Shown here piece after piece: positions 1 to 9,976 of a DNA stretch of 64,000 nucleotides (positions within the stretch are counted from its first letter, which is position 1; each line of letters begins with the position of its first letter). Below the pieces are notes generated by a model, which saw only the letters and a program-made list of their open reading frames with translations, was not told where the DNA came from and searched no databases. Origin of the DNA: Candidatus Latescibacterota bacterium (GTDB lineage: Bacteria; Latescibacterota; UBA2968; UBA8231); assembly GCA_965217585.1 (NCBI GenBank), contig OZ244561.1, positions 1,600,001 to 1,664,000 of the forward strand, in the 5' to 3' direction. The translations under genes were made by a program, and so were the position numbers.

Positions 1-1226
1 TCTCCTGCTTTCTCGGCAATTAGCTCCAGCAGCAGCGCGGTCGCTGCGGCTGCAAACGCTGGATCGTTGATGTTGTGATCGACTTCGCGGACGAGGATGC
101 CCTCGTCCAAGTTGGCTTTGAGGGCGTCGCCAAAGGCGCGGTCGGCTTCGCGGTCGCAAAACAGCTCGCCATCGCCATCGAGGATCGACACGCCTCTAAG
201 CGGAATGAGCAAGGCGACCGGACCTGTGGCAGCGTTGAGCTTTTCAGCAAATATCCGGCCCATCTGCGCATTCTCCTCGGCATTGGTGCGCATCAAGGTC
301 ACCTCTGGATTCCACTCGTAAAAGAGCCGCGTGCCGTCCTTGTATTTTGGCGGCACAGTATCCATGCCGCCAAAATTGGCCATGTCCACGCAGCCGGGGA
401 CCACTAGCTGGGGCAAACCCGCCCGGCCCGCTGCGTTCAAGCGGTCTGGACCCGCGCTAAAGACGCCGCCGCACACTTCGTCGGCCCACTCGGTAGTAGT
501 GATGTCCAGCACCGCATCCACCAAGCCCTCGTCAATGAGCGACTCCATGGTGCGGCCGCCAGTGCCAGTGGCGTGAAAGACCAAGACTTCGTACCCGCTT
601 GCCGATAGGGCCTCGCAGCACGCGTTGACGCATTCGGTGGTATTGCCAAACATCGACGCGACGACGATTGGCTTGTCATCGCCAGCCGGTGCCGGCTCGG
701 CCTCGACCATGCCGCAGATCGCGCCAGCGGCCCGCGTAAAAATCACCCGCGAAATCCGATTGACCCCGGCCACATCCACAATCGACGGAATGAGCACGAC
801 GTCCTTGCTGCCCACGTACGCGGCGGTGTCGCCAGCCGCCACGGTCGAAACGCACACCTTGGGCACGCCCACCGGCAGGGCGCGCATGGCCGCGGTCACC
901 ACGCTGCTGCCACCGGACCCACCCATGCCGACGATACCGTCAAACCGGCCCTCGGCGTACCCTTGCTCCGCCACCTTGGCCGCGCCCTCACCCATAGCTT
1001 TCATGGCGGCACCGCGATCGCCAGCCGCGCGCAGCGACTCCAGCGATGCGCCACCGGCCGCCGCCACTTCGCTGGCATCCACGTCCACGGTAAAGGCTTC
1101 GCACTCACCCATAACGCCCGTATTCACCGCCAGCACTTCGTGGCCGCGAGCTAAAATCTGCTCGTGCAAGAAGGCGTATTCCACGCCCTTGGTGTCAAAC
1201 GCCCCAACCATCATAATCGTAGCCAT
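1..1226 (-). CDS. Tm-1-like ATP-binding domain protein (UPF0261), runs off the left edge
   Basis: Translated by hand; absent from the ORF track because there is no stop in the window. Starts MATIMMVGAFDTKGVEYAFL and contains GIVGMGGSGGSS, ALPVGVPKVCVST, SIVDVAGVNRIS and HNINDPAFA, typical of UPF0261. SD GAGGAG upstream of the ATG at 1226. Confidence 0.88.
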   Translation of the reverse strand, partial: MATIMMVGAFDTKGVEYAFLHEQILARGHEVLAVNTGVMGECEAFTVDVDASEVAAAGGASLESLRAAGDRGAAMKAMGEGAAKVAEQGYAEGRFDGIVGMGGSGGSSVVTAAMRALPVGVPKVCVSTVAAGDTAAYVGSKDVVLIPSIVDVAGVNRISRVIFTRAAGAICGMVEAEPAPAGDDKPIVVASMFGNTTECVNACCEALSASGYEVLVFHATGTGGRTMESLIDEGLVDAVLDITTTEWADEVCGGVFSAGPDRLNAAGRAGLPQLVVPGCVDMANFGGMDTVPPKYKDGTRLFYEWNPEVTLMRTNAEENAQMGRIFAEKLNAATGPVALLIPLRGVSILDGDGELFCDREADRAFGDALKANLDEGILVREVDHNINDPAFAAAATALLLELIAEKAG

Positions 1227-1267
1227 AACGCTCTCCTCAAGCTGGCGTCGTTAGGTGCTTTTCTTCT

Positions 1268-1295
1268 TGTCATGCTGAGCGCAGCGAAGCATCTC
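1268..1295. repeat. Half of a REP/MITE-like palindromic element (TGTCATGCTGAGCGCAGCGAAGCATCTC)
   Basis: Intergenic 28-mer resembling a short repeat I recall from many FCB/Chloroflexi genomes, where it usually pairs with its inverse. No inverse copy seen nearby. Confidence 0.4.
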
Positions 1296-1342
1296 ATACC
1301 CAAAGTGCCCCATGCGCAACATCAGCCTGTAATATGGCGGCT

Positions 1343-3571
1343 TCAGCCAAAGCGCCGCAACCGGAGCGCGTTCATCACCACCGACACCGACGAAAAGGCC
1401 ATCGCGAGGCTCGCCAGCATCGGATTGAGCAGCGGACCGCCGAACAGGTAGAGCGCGCCCGCGGCCACCGGAATGCCCGCGGCGTTGTAAAAAAACGCCC
1501 AGAACAAATTCTGCTTTATGGTCCGCACAATCGCTCGGCTCAGCTCAATGGCCCGCGCCACATCCGCCAACCGGCTGTGCATGAGCACCACCGGAGCAGA
1601 CGCGGCCGCCACATCCGTGCCGGTGGCAAAGGCCATGCCCACATCGGCGGCGGCCAGCGCTGGCGCGTCGTTGATCCCATCGCCGACCATGGCCACGCAG
1701 CGGCCCTCAGCCTGCAAGGCCTGCACGGTCGCGGCCTTGTCTGCGGGCAAAACACCAGCGCGCACGGTTTCAATCCCCACCTGACGGGCCACAGCCTCAG
1801 CAGCCGGACGGCTGTCGCCCGTGAGCATCACCACCTCCAAGCCGTATTGACGCAGCCGAGCCACGTCGTCCTTGCTCTGCGGGCGAGGGCGGTCCGCCAA
1901 AGACATGCGCCCGGCCAATGTGCCCGCCGCCGCGACCCACACGGTGGTGGTACCAGCCGTCGGATCGCTGTCCTCGTCTATGTGAACTCCCACCGCCGCC
2001 ATCATGGCGCGATTGCCCACCACCACGTCCTCGCCTTCCACCACGGCCTGCGCGCCTTTGCCCGGCGTCGCCACGACTCCGCTGGCCTCCGGCACGGCAA
2101 GGTCCCGCTCTGCAGCGGCGGTCACAATCGCCGCGGCCAGCGGATGCTCCGAACCGCTCTCCACGGCCGCGGCCAACCTCAGCACTTCGTCGGCGCAGCG
2201 TCCGTTTAACGGCTCTACTGCCACAACCTGCGGCCGCCCCTCGGTGATCGTGCCGGTTTTGTCCAGCACCACGGCATCCACTTTGTGCGCCGTTTCCAGC
2301 ACTTCTGGGCTTTTGAACAAGATGCCTAAATGCGCTCCCCGACCCGTGCCGACCATGATGGCGGCCGGCGTGGCCAAGCCCAGGCTGCACGGGCAGGCGA
2401 TGATCAACACGGCCACGAAAACCTGCAACGCAAAGCTCAGGCCCTCCCCGGCCCACAACCAACCCACCGCAGCCACCACGCCTAGGACCAGCACGACCGG
2501 CACGAAATACCCGGCGACGACATCGGCTAAGCGGGCAATCGGCGCTTTGCCCGCCTGCGCGGCTTCGACTAAGCGCACCATTTGCATCAGCAGCGCATCC
2601 CCGGCCACGCGCGTTGCCCGCACCATGAGCGCGCCCGCGCCGTTGAGACTGCCGCCGGTCACAGCATCACCTAGTCCCTTGACCACGGGCAGCGATTCGC
2701 CGGTCAGCAGCGACTCATCCACTGTAGAATTTCCTTCGACGATTTCGCCGTCGGCTGGGAGGCGCTCGCCCGGACGCACGCGCAAGCAGTCGCCCACCTC
2801 GATGGCGTCGGCCGCAATTTCCCGCTCTCCATCGCCGGTCACCAGCGCGGCCTTGTCGGGCCTGAGCTGCAGCAGGGCACCTATGGCCTCCTCGGCCCGC
2901 AACCGCGAGCGCGCTTCGAGATAGCGGCCCATCAGCATCAAAGTGACAATCGTCGCAACCGTCGGGAAATAGGAGTCAAACGCCGCGGCCGCACCCACGG
3001 CGACGGACCCCAAGCCCCAAGCGCTGTAGAGCCAAGCCGCAGCCGTGCCAATGGCGATGAGCGAAAACATGTTGGGTCGGCCCCGCCACAGAGCCTGCCC
3101 GCCCTCGGCGTAGATCTGGCGGCCAACCCACAGCACCGGCAGCGCAAACAGCAGGTGCAAAACGCCCACCCGTAGCGGATGCTGGGCCAACGACAGCGCC
3201 TGGACAACGGGCGCACCCATCTGCTCGGCCATCTCCACCGCGAAGAGCGGTAGCCAAAACACAACAGCCCAGCGAAACGCACCCGCCTGCGCAGCCAGTT
3301 CGACCCGCTTGCGCTCCTGTCGCCTAGCTGCGCCTTCGGCTTCTGGGGCTTGCAGCCGCGCCTGGAACCCCGCTTTTACCACGGCCGCTGCAATGCTTTC
3401 CTCATCTACAGCCGCCGGATCAAAGCGCACGGCCATCTGCTCGGTCGCCAAGTTGACGTCAGCTACCTCGACGCCGGCCAAGCCGGACACTTGCTGCTCG
3501 ACCTGCCGCACGCAGCCAGCGCAGTGCATGCCCTCAATGGCAAAATGCTGCTCTCTACTGTTTTCTGTCAT
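1343..3571 (-). CDS. copA: Cu(I)-translocating P1B-type ATPase
   Basis: N-terminal HMA GMHCAGC, TGES, CPC in TM, DKTGTIT phosphorylation site, [16 protein letters not shown], and the Cu(I) ligand motifs YN and MAFSS. Confidence 0.95.
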   Translation of the reverse strand: MTENSREQHFAIEGMHCAGCVRQVEQQVSGLAGVEVADVNLATEQMAVRFDPAAVDEESIAAAVVKAGFQARLQAPEAEGAARRQERKRVELAAQAGAFRWAVVFWLPLFAVEMAEQMGAPVVQALSLAQHPLRVGVLHLLFALPVLWVGRQIYAEGGQALWRGRPNMFSLIAIGTAAAWLYSAWGLGSVAVGAAAAFDSYFPTVATIVTLMLMGRYLEARSRLRAEEAIGALLQLRPDKAALVTGDGEREIAADAIEVGDCLRVRPGERLPADGEIVEGNSTVDESLLTGESLPVVKGLGDAVTGGSLNGAGALMVRATRVAGDALLMQMVRLVEAAQAGKAPIARLADVVAGYFVPVVLVLGVVAAVGWLWAGEGLSFALQVFVAVLIIACPCSLGLATPAAIMVGTGRGAHLGILFKSPEVLETAHKVDAVVLDKTGTITEGRPQVVAVEPLNGRCADEVLRLAAAVESGSEHPLAAAIVTAAAERDLAVPEASGVVATPGKGAQAVVEGEDVVVGNRAMMAAVGVHIDEDSDPTAGTTTVWVAAAGTLAGRMSLADRPRPQSKDDVARLRQYGLEVVMLTGDSRPAAEAVARQVGIETVRAGVLPADKAATVQALQAEGRCVAMVGDGINDAPALAAADVGMAFATGTDVAAASAPVVLMHSRLADVARAIELSRAIVRTIKQNLFWAFFYNAAGIPVAAGALYLFGGPLLNPMLASLAMAFSSVSVVMNALRLRRFG

Positions 3572-3608
3572 GCTGCAACCTCACAACTCAACCGACGAAC
3601 CCGCTCAA

Positions 3609-3651
3609 CGCGGTGGTTTTCAACGCCGGCACGACGTTGAAAACCACCGCG
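3609..3651. repeat. Perfect 17-bp inverted repeat (hairpin) between the temptin-like gene and copA
   Basis: CGCGGTGGTTTTCAACG (3609-3625), 9-nt loop, CGTTGAAAACCACCGCG (3635-3651). No clean poly-U tail on either strand. Confidence 0.8.
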
Positions 3652-3670
3652 ACAAGCCATCTGATCCGCC

Positions 3671-4126
3671 TCAGTCGAGCGCGCCTATCAGTTGCTTGAT
3701 CCGCGCCCAAGTCGTCTCCGCAACAGCCGTATCTTGCGGTGCGGGCGGCGGAGTGCTCGCTGGGTCGGCGGGATGAAATGTCTCACCTTCTGGATTGGCA
3801 TCGCCGGCCACCCAAGTGCCGTCTGGATCGCCCAACTCCACGCCATTGGCTATTCCATCGCCATCGGAGTCTAAGGCCGCTAGCTCTGGGCCCCAAACTA
3901 CGTCGCCGGCTGCACCAGCCGCGGTGAGGAAGTTGGTTTCGATCTCTAGGCCAAACGAGTTGCGCGGCGTGCCGCCGCCGGCCGTGTGGCAGGCGTTGCA
4001 GCTAAACGCGGCACCATTGGGAATCTGGCTTACGCGCTTACCGCGTGCAGCGGCCTCCTCGGCGACCAAGCCACCGCAGAGTATAGCTGCCGTCATCAAC
4101 GCGCCCATCTTTTTCCACGTCGTCAT
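3671..4126 (-). CDS. Secreted temptin-like protein with a CxxCH motif
   Basis: Signal peptide; IPNG...CNACH..GGG.PRNSFG...W...L..LDSDGDG..NGVELGDP..TW...HP; strong SD AAGGAG. Confidence 0.75.
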   Translation of the reverse strand: MTTWKKMGALMTAAILCGGLVAEEAAARGKRVSQIPNGAAFSCNACHTAGGGTPRNSFGLEIETNFLTAAGAAGDVVWGPELAALDSDGDGIANGVELGDPDGTWVAGDANPEGETFHPADPASTPPPAPQDTAVAETTWARIKQLIGALD

Positions 4127-4282
4127 AAGAGGTCTCCTTCCTTTTGTTTATAGATGTGTATTAAACTTGGCTCTCTCTGACTTGCCGGACAAGTCCCTAG
4201 CCGGTCGGCCCGTAGTGCCCCACGTCAGGGTTGCGTATATTGAAGCTCAATCTCGATCTACTCACGCGAGGAGGCAATGCTC

Positions 4283-6103
4283 ATGTCCACCGCTCAACGT
4301 CTCGACCTAAGCGAAATGCGGCCGCAGATCGATGTCGATCCAGCAACCTGCGTCTATCACCGGCTCGCACCGGCTAGCGAATTTGCCACAGGCGAGGGCC
4401 GGCCCTTTACCATTGATGGCATTCACCTCGCGGTCTTTCTCTACGAGGGGTCCTTTCACGCTGTTGACAATCGCTGTCCGCACATGGGCTACCCCATGTC
4501 CAAAGGCAGCATCCGCGACGGGGTGCTGATCTGCCACTGGCACCACTGGGAATTCGATCTAAAGACCGGCGGCTGCCTGCTAACTTCGGGCGACGACCTG
4601 AAAGCCTTCCCCGTGGAAGTGCGCGACGACGGCTGCGCGTGGGTGGGCATCCCGCCCGGCGAAAGAGAAGAGGCCCGCCTGCGGCTGGTGGCCCGCGGCA
4701 AGCGCGCACTCGAACAGGGGCTTAAGGACCGCAGTTCCTTCCTCATCGCCAAGGCGGTCGCCGCGCTCCGTCAGACGGGTGCCACCCCGCAGGAAATCAT
4801 CCAGCAGGGCCTCTACTACGGCGCGCACAAAACCAGCGAAGGCTGGTCGTCGGGCGTCGCCATCCTGACCCTCGCGGCGAACATGTGGGACGACATCGCC
4901 GAGGCCGATCAAAATCTCTTTCTCGTCCACGGCTTGACTCAGATTTCGCAGCGCACCTCCGGCTCGTCGCGCCGCCAGCGCTTCCCCTTTCCCCGCGCCA
5001 ATGCCGACCAAGACTTGGCCACCCTCAAGCGCTGGTTTCGCACCTTTGTCGATCAGCGGCACCACGGCGCGGCCGAGCGCATCTTGCTCACTCTGCACGA
5101 CCGCGACTGCGGCAAGGAAACCCTCGCGGATTTCGTCTTCACCGCGGCCACGGATTTCTACTTCACCGGCGACGGGCACGCCCTCGACTTTGCCAACAAA
5201 ATGTTCGAGGCCCTCGACTATGTGGAATGGGCCGGCGCGCACGAGATCCTCCGCCCGATCGTCGTTGATTTGGTGAGCCGCACCCGCCACGAAGAGACCT
5301 CGCGCTGGGCCGACAGCCTGCCGGTCTTAGAAAACATCTTCGCGCGCCTAGACGAGATCTGGGAGGACAATCAGCGCAACGAAGCTACCATCGACGTCGC
5401 CGAATTCACTCAAGTCATGCTCGGCGACGACTTTGAACCCATCCTCGTCCGCGTCGAAGCGGCCCTGCGCGCTGGCGTCCCGCCGACCCAACTCTGCCGC
5501 GCCATGACCTACGCCAGCGCGCAGCGCACCCTGCGCTTCCACCTCAAAAACGAGGGCGACTGGCACGACGTGGCCAACATTTACTCCTACGCCCACGCCC
5601 TGTATGAGACCTTCCACTACGCCGCCAGCAAGGAGCTGCTGCGCGCCATTTTCCACGGCGCGGTCTTCCTCACCTACCTGCGCTGGCTCAACATGCCGGC
5701 TGCCCGCGTCCCACGGCACGGGCAGAAGCTCGACGAGCACTTCGCCTCCAGCGAGGCCATGCTCAAGCACCTCGGCGAATTAGCCGATTTCCAAAAGGTC
5801 TTTGAGGCCGAAGTCCTCGTCAGCCAGTACCTCGAAGAAGGACGCGACATCGCCAAGCTCCGCCACGCCTTGAGCCACATCATGCTCCGCGAAGACGCCG
5901 AGCTGCACATGTTCCAAGTGCTCGAAGCTGCGTTCCGGCACTACGACCTGAGCAGCGACCCGGAGGAAAAGCGCGTCCACCTCTTGGCGGCGACCCGCTA
6001 CATCACCGCGCAAAAGGTGATGAAAAACATCCTCTGGGCCACGGAAAACGCCGAGCGGCTCCAGCGCGGCGAACTCCTCAGCGAGCGCGAAGACGACGAT
6101 TGA
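4283..6103 (+). CDS. Rieske [2Fe-2S] domain fused to a ~470-aa helical His-containing region
   Basis: CPHMG...CHWH Rieske ligands. SD GAGGAGG lies 8 nt before ATG 4283 (alternative start 4277). Confidence 0.85.
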   Translation: MSTAQRLDLSEMRPQIDVDPATCVYHRLAPASEFATGEGRPFTIDGIHLAVFLYEGSFHAVDNRCPHMGYPMSKGSIRDGVLICHWHHWEFDLKTGGCLLTSGDDLKAFPVEVRDDGCAWVGIPPGEREEARLRLVARGKRALEQGLKDRSSFLIAKAVAALRQTGATPQEIIQQGLYYGAHKTSEGWSSGVAILTLAANMWDDIAEADQNLFLVHGLTQISQRTSGSSRRQRFPFPRANADQDLATLKRWFRTFVDQRHHGAAERILLTLHDRDCGKETLADFVFTAATDFYFTGDGHALDFANKMFEALDYVEWAGAHEILRPIVVDLVSRTRHEETSRWADSLPVLENIFARLDEIWEDNQRNEATIDVAEFTQVMLGDDFEPILVRVEAALRAGVPPTQLCRAMTYASAQRTLRFHLKNEGDWHDVANIYSYAHALYETFHYAASKELLRAIFHGAVFLTYLRWLNMPAARVPRHGQKLDEHFASSEAMLKHLGELADFQKVFEAEVLVSQYLEEGRDIAKLRHALSHIMLREDAELHMFQVLEAAFRHYDLSSDPEEKRVHLLAATRYITAQKVMKNILWATENAERLQRGELLSEREDDD

Positions 6104-6109
6104 GGGGCG

Positions 6110-9100
6110 TTACTCCGCAGACCGCCAAGCCGCAAGCCGCAGCTTCCACTCCTCGACCGCGCAGTAGAGCACCGGCACAATCGGCGCGGTCAGCACCACC
6201 GCCATCATGCCGCCGAAGGTAGGGATGGCCATCGGCAGCATGAGGTCTGCGCCGCGTCCGGTCGCCGTCAGCACGGGGATCAGCGCCAAGATCGTGGTAG
6301 CCGCCGTCATCAGACAGGGGCGAATGCGCCGCACTCCAGCGGCGAGCGCCGCGCGGCGCATCGCCTCGACGGTCGCTGGCTTTTGCTCGCGGAAGAGTTG
6401 GCGCAGATAGGTCGCCACGATCACGCCGTTGTCCGAAGCAATGCCAAACAGCGCGAGAAAACCCACCCACACCGCCACGCTCAAGTTCACAGGACGGATG
6501 TGGAAGAGCGAGCGCATCTCCGTGCCGAAGACGGAAAAGTCCAAAAACCATTCCTGCCCGTAGAGCCAGAGCATGGCAAAACCGCCGGCCCAAGCCACGG
6601 CAACCCCGGAAAAGACCATCAGGGCCGTGGCGGCGTTGCCAAACTGGAAATAGAGGATGAGGAAGATCGTCGCCAGCGCGAGCGGCAGCAGCACGTTGAG
6701 CTTCTTTTGCGCCCGCAGTTGGTTTTCGTAACTACCGGCGAAGGCGTAGCTGACGCCGGTCTCCAATACGAGATCGCCGCTGGCCCTTTTACTGGCCAAA
6801 TAATATCGACACGCTTCCACCACATCGACTTCCGCGTACCCCGGCTTCTTGTCGAAGAGCACGTAGCCTAGCAAAAACGTATCCTCGCTTTTGATGACCT
6901 GGGGGCCGCGCACGTAGCGAATCTCGGCCAGCTCGCCCAAGGGGATCTGCGCCCCGTCCGGTGCTGGCACCAAAATTCGCACCACTTCCTCGATGCTGTC
7001 GCGCAATTCGCGCATGTAGCGCACCCGCACGGGATAGCGCTCGCGGCCTTCCACCGTGGTCGTGACCAGCTTGCCGCCGATGGCGATCTCAATGACGTCC
7101 TGCACCTCTTGCAAGGCGATGCCGTGGCGGGCAATGGCCTCGCGGTCGATGTGGATCTCCAAGTAGGGCTTGCCGACGATGCGGTCGGCGTTGACGGTCG
7201 CCGACTCGACCATGGGCACTTTCTTGAGCAAGCGCTCTAGCTGCAAACCGGCGCGCTCGATGGCCTCCAAGCTCGGGCCTTTGATCTCAATGCCCATGGG
7301 GGCGCGCATCCCACTCTGCAACATGACGAGCCGCGCGGCAATCGGCTGTAACTTCGGTGCCGAAGTAGAGCCGGGGATTTGGCCGGCCTGGGTGATCTCC
7401 GCCCATATATCGTCGGCCCCCTGTATCCCCGGCCAAGCGGCGCGTCCCAGATTAAGCGCGGGATCCAAGGGCGGACGCCACAAGCGGAAAGGCCGCCCAG
7501 CGGCGTCGGGCACGAGGCGGCCGGCTGCGTCGCGGAGATAGCGGCCTGGCACCTTGTAGGGCGCACCATCGGGAGCGGACGCAGGCGTGCCATCGGGAGC
7601 GCGGAACAGGTCCGTGGCGCGCTCGTCAAAAGCGAATAGCAGGCGACGGCCAACCTCGTCGGTGAGGTATTCCGCGCGATAATTAACCACGGTCTCAATC
7701 ATGGAAATCGGCGCGGGGTCCAGCGGGGTCTCCGCCCGTCCCAGCTTCCCCACCACGGACTCCACTTCTGGTATCTGCGCAATGGCCGCGTCTTGCTTCT
7801 GCAGGACGTCGAGTACCTCGCCGATGGAGGCGTGGGGCATGGTCGTCGGCATCCACAGGAAGGAACCTTCGTCGAGGGGCGGCATAAACTCCTTGCCCAA
7901 TCCGGGCAGGGCCTCGTCGAGGGCGGCAAAGGGCGCTGAATTGCGCAGGACAGGCGGCACAAAGCCGAAGACGCGGGCAAAACCTAGCCACGCGGACGCG
8001 CCGGCCAGCAGCAGTAGCACGGGAAACAGCAGCGCCAACCCCTTGTGGTCCAGGCACCACCGGAGTACGCGGGGGAATACATGTTGCAAGACGCGAAAAA
8101 GTGCCAACAGGCCGCCGATCAATCCAGCGACGAAAAGAAAATTGCGCCATCCGCCCTTTTCCGGGCCAAGGGGCAACCAGTGTTCCGCTAGTACAACAAC
8201 GACCCCGATAGCCGCAGCGGCCACCACACCCCGCGCCACCCATAAGCGCACCCACTCCGGCACGCGGGCGGCGAGTAGGTGATACGCCCCAATAGCTATC
8301 AGCAGCAGACCGATCCACCACGACAGCGCGAGGGCCACTCCGAGGCCACAGACCGCCCAAAGGCCAGGTGCCCAACGCCCCGGTCGCGTGCCAAACGCGC
8401 AGTGCGCCAAGGCCGGCAAGGCCGTCAGCGACAGCCACACCGCGGCCAACAGCGCAAAGGTCTTGGTAAAGGCCAGCGGCGTAAAGAGCTTGCCCTCGGC
8501 TCCTTCCATGGCGAAGACGGGCAAAAAGCCCACCACCGTGGTCAGCACGGCGGTCAGCACGGCACTGCCGACCTCGCGCGTGGCGCGGAAGATCACTTCT
8601 AGGCGGTCGTCCTCTGCCTCTGCATCCTCTAGGTGCTTGAGAATGTTCTCGCTGATGACGATGCCCATATCGACCATAGTGCCGATGGCAATGGCAATGC
8701 CGGAGAGGGCGACTATATTGGCGTCAATGCCAAAGGCCTTCATGGCGGCGAAGCAGGCGAGCACGGCCAGCGGCAACAGCCCAGAGACCAACACGGCACC
8801 GCGCAGATTCATCACCAGCGCCAGCACCACGATCACCGTTACCAGCACCTCCTCGCTCAGGGCGCGCTCCAGCGTGCCCAGCGTCTCCTCGATCAATCCG
8901 GAGCGATCGTAAAAAGGGATCACCTGCACTTGGCTGACCCGCCCGTCGGGCAGGGTTTTCTTAGGCAGGCTCGGGGCGATTTCCGCGATCTTGGCCTTGA
9001 CGCTTTCAATGGCGGCTAGGGGATTGGCACCGAAGCGCGCCACAACCACGCCGCCGACCACCTCCGCACCTTCCTTGTCCAACGCGCCGCGCCGCAGCGC

Positions 9101-9976
9101 TGGCCCCAGCGCGACCCGCGCGACGTTTTTGACGTAAATCGGCACGTTGTCCCGCGCCTTAATGACGGCGTTTTCAAGGTCGGCCAATCCTTTGACAAAG
9201 CCGATGCCGCGGATGACGTATTCGGCTCGATTCAGCTCTACAGTGCGCGCACCCACGTCCCGGTTGGACATGCGCACCGCGTGGAACACCTCGTCGAGCC
9301 GCACCCCATAGGCGCGCATCGCGTCCGGGTTGACGTCGATTTGGTATTCCTGCACGAAGCCGCCCACGGAGGCCACCTCGCTGACGCCGTCGGCAGCCAA
9401 CAAGGCATAGCGCACCTGCCAGTCCTGAATGCGGCGCAACTCGTGCAGATCCCAGCCGCCGGTGGGCGCGCCCTGTTCGTCGCGGCCTTCCAACGTGTAC
9501 CAGAATACCTGCCCCAAGGCCGTTGCGTCCGGCCCCAAGGCCGGCTGGACGCCCTCGGGCAGCAGGCCTGCCGGCAGGCTACTGAGCTTCTCGAGGATGC
9601 GGGAGCGCGACCAATAGAAATCGACTTCTTCGGCAAAAATCACATAGATGCTCGAAAAGCCGAACATCGAGAAGCTGCGGATCGTCTCGACGCCCGGCAC
9701 GCCCAAAAGCGCCGTAGTCAGCGGATAGGTCACCTGATCTTCCACGTCTTGCGGCGAGCGACCCGGCCACTCGCTGAAGACGATCTGTTGATTCTCGCCG
9801 AGGTCTGGGATCGCATCTACGGGCACCGGGTCGCGCGGCAGCCACGCTATATCCCAAGCAAAGGGAGCGACCGCAAGGCCCCAACCCACGAGGCCGGCCA
9901 ACATGAGCGCGGCGACCAGCTTGCGCGTGAGAAAGAAGCGCACCAAGCGGGCGAGCAGCGAGTTTTGCCCTTCCAT
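6110..9976 (-). CDS. cusA: CusA/CzcA-family heavy-metal RND efflux permease (long variant)
   Basis: PVDAIPDLGENQQIV, GPDATALGQ, GIAIAIGTMVD, GKEFMPPLDEGS, RIRPCLMT. Confidence 0.93.
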   Translation of the reverse strand: MEGQNSLLARLVRFFLTRKLVAALMLAGLVGWGLAVAPFAWDIAWLPRDPVPVDAIPDLGENQQIVFSEWPGRSPQDVEDQVTYPLTTALLGVPGVETIRSFSMFGFSSIYVIFAEEVDFYWSRSRILEKLSSLPAGLLPEGVQPALGPDATALGQVFWYTLEGRDEQGAPTGGWDLHELRRIQDWQVRYALLAADGVSEVASVGGFVQEYQIDVNPDAMRAYGVRLDEVFHAVRMSNRDVGARTVELNRAEYVIRGIGFVKGLADLENAVIKARDNVPIYVKNVARVALGPALRRGALDKEGAEVVGGVVVARFGANPLAAIESVKAKIAEIAPSLPKKTLPDGRVSQVQVIPFYDRSGLIEETLGTLERALSEEVLVTVIVVLALVMNLRGAVLVSGLLPLAVLACFAAMKAFGIDANIVALSGIAIAIGTMVDMGIVISENILKHLEDAEAEDDRLEVIFRATREVGSAVLTAVLTTVVGFLPVFAMEGAEGKLFTPLAFTKTFALLAAVWLSLTALPALAHCAFGTRPGRWAPGLWAVCGLGVALALSWWIGLLLIAIGAYHLLAARVPEWVRLWVARGVVAAAAIGVVVVLAEHWLPLGPEKGGWRNFLFVAGLIGGLLALFRVLQHVFPRVLRWCLDHKGLALLFPVLLLLAGASAWLGFARVFGFVPPVLRNSAPFAALDEALPGLGKEFMPPLDEGSFLWMPTTMPHASIGEVLDVLQKQDAAIAQIPEVESVVGKLGRAETPLDPAPISMIETVVNYRAEYLTDEVGRRLLFAFDERATDLFRAPDGTPASAPDGAPYKVPGRYLRDAAGRLVPDAAGRPFRLWRPPLDPALNLGRAAWPGIQGADDIWAEITQAGQIPGSTSAPKLQPIAARLVMLQSGMRAPMGIEIKGPSLEAIERAGLQLERLLKKVPMVESATVNADRIVGKPYLEIHIDREAIARHGIALQEVQDVIEIAIGGKLVTTTVEGRERYPVRVRYMRELRDSIEEVVRILVPAPDGAQIPLGELAEIRYVRGPQVIKSEDTFLLGYVLFDKKPGYAEVDVVEACRYYLASKRASGDLVLETGVSYAFAGSYENQLRAQKKLNVLLPLALATIFLILYFQFGNAATALMVFSGVAVAWAGGFAMLWLYGQEWFLDFSVFGTEMRSLFHIRPVNLSVAVWVGFLALFGIASDNGVIVATYLRQLFREQKPATVEAMRRAALAAGVRRIRPCLMTAATTILALIPVLTATGRGADLMLPMAIPTFGGMMAVVLTAPIVPVLYCAVEEWKLRLAAWRSAE

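Noticed and set aside
625-1254. 209-aa plus-strand ORF at the window start
   Set aside because: Antisense to the real Tm-1-like gene, which the ORF track missed because it runs off the window edge.
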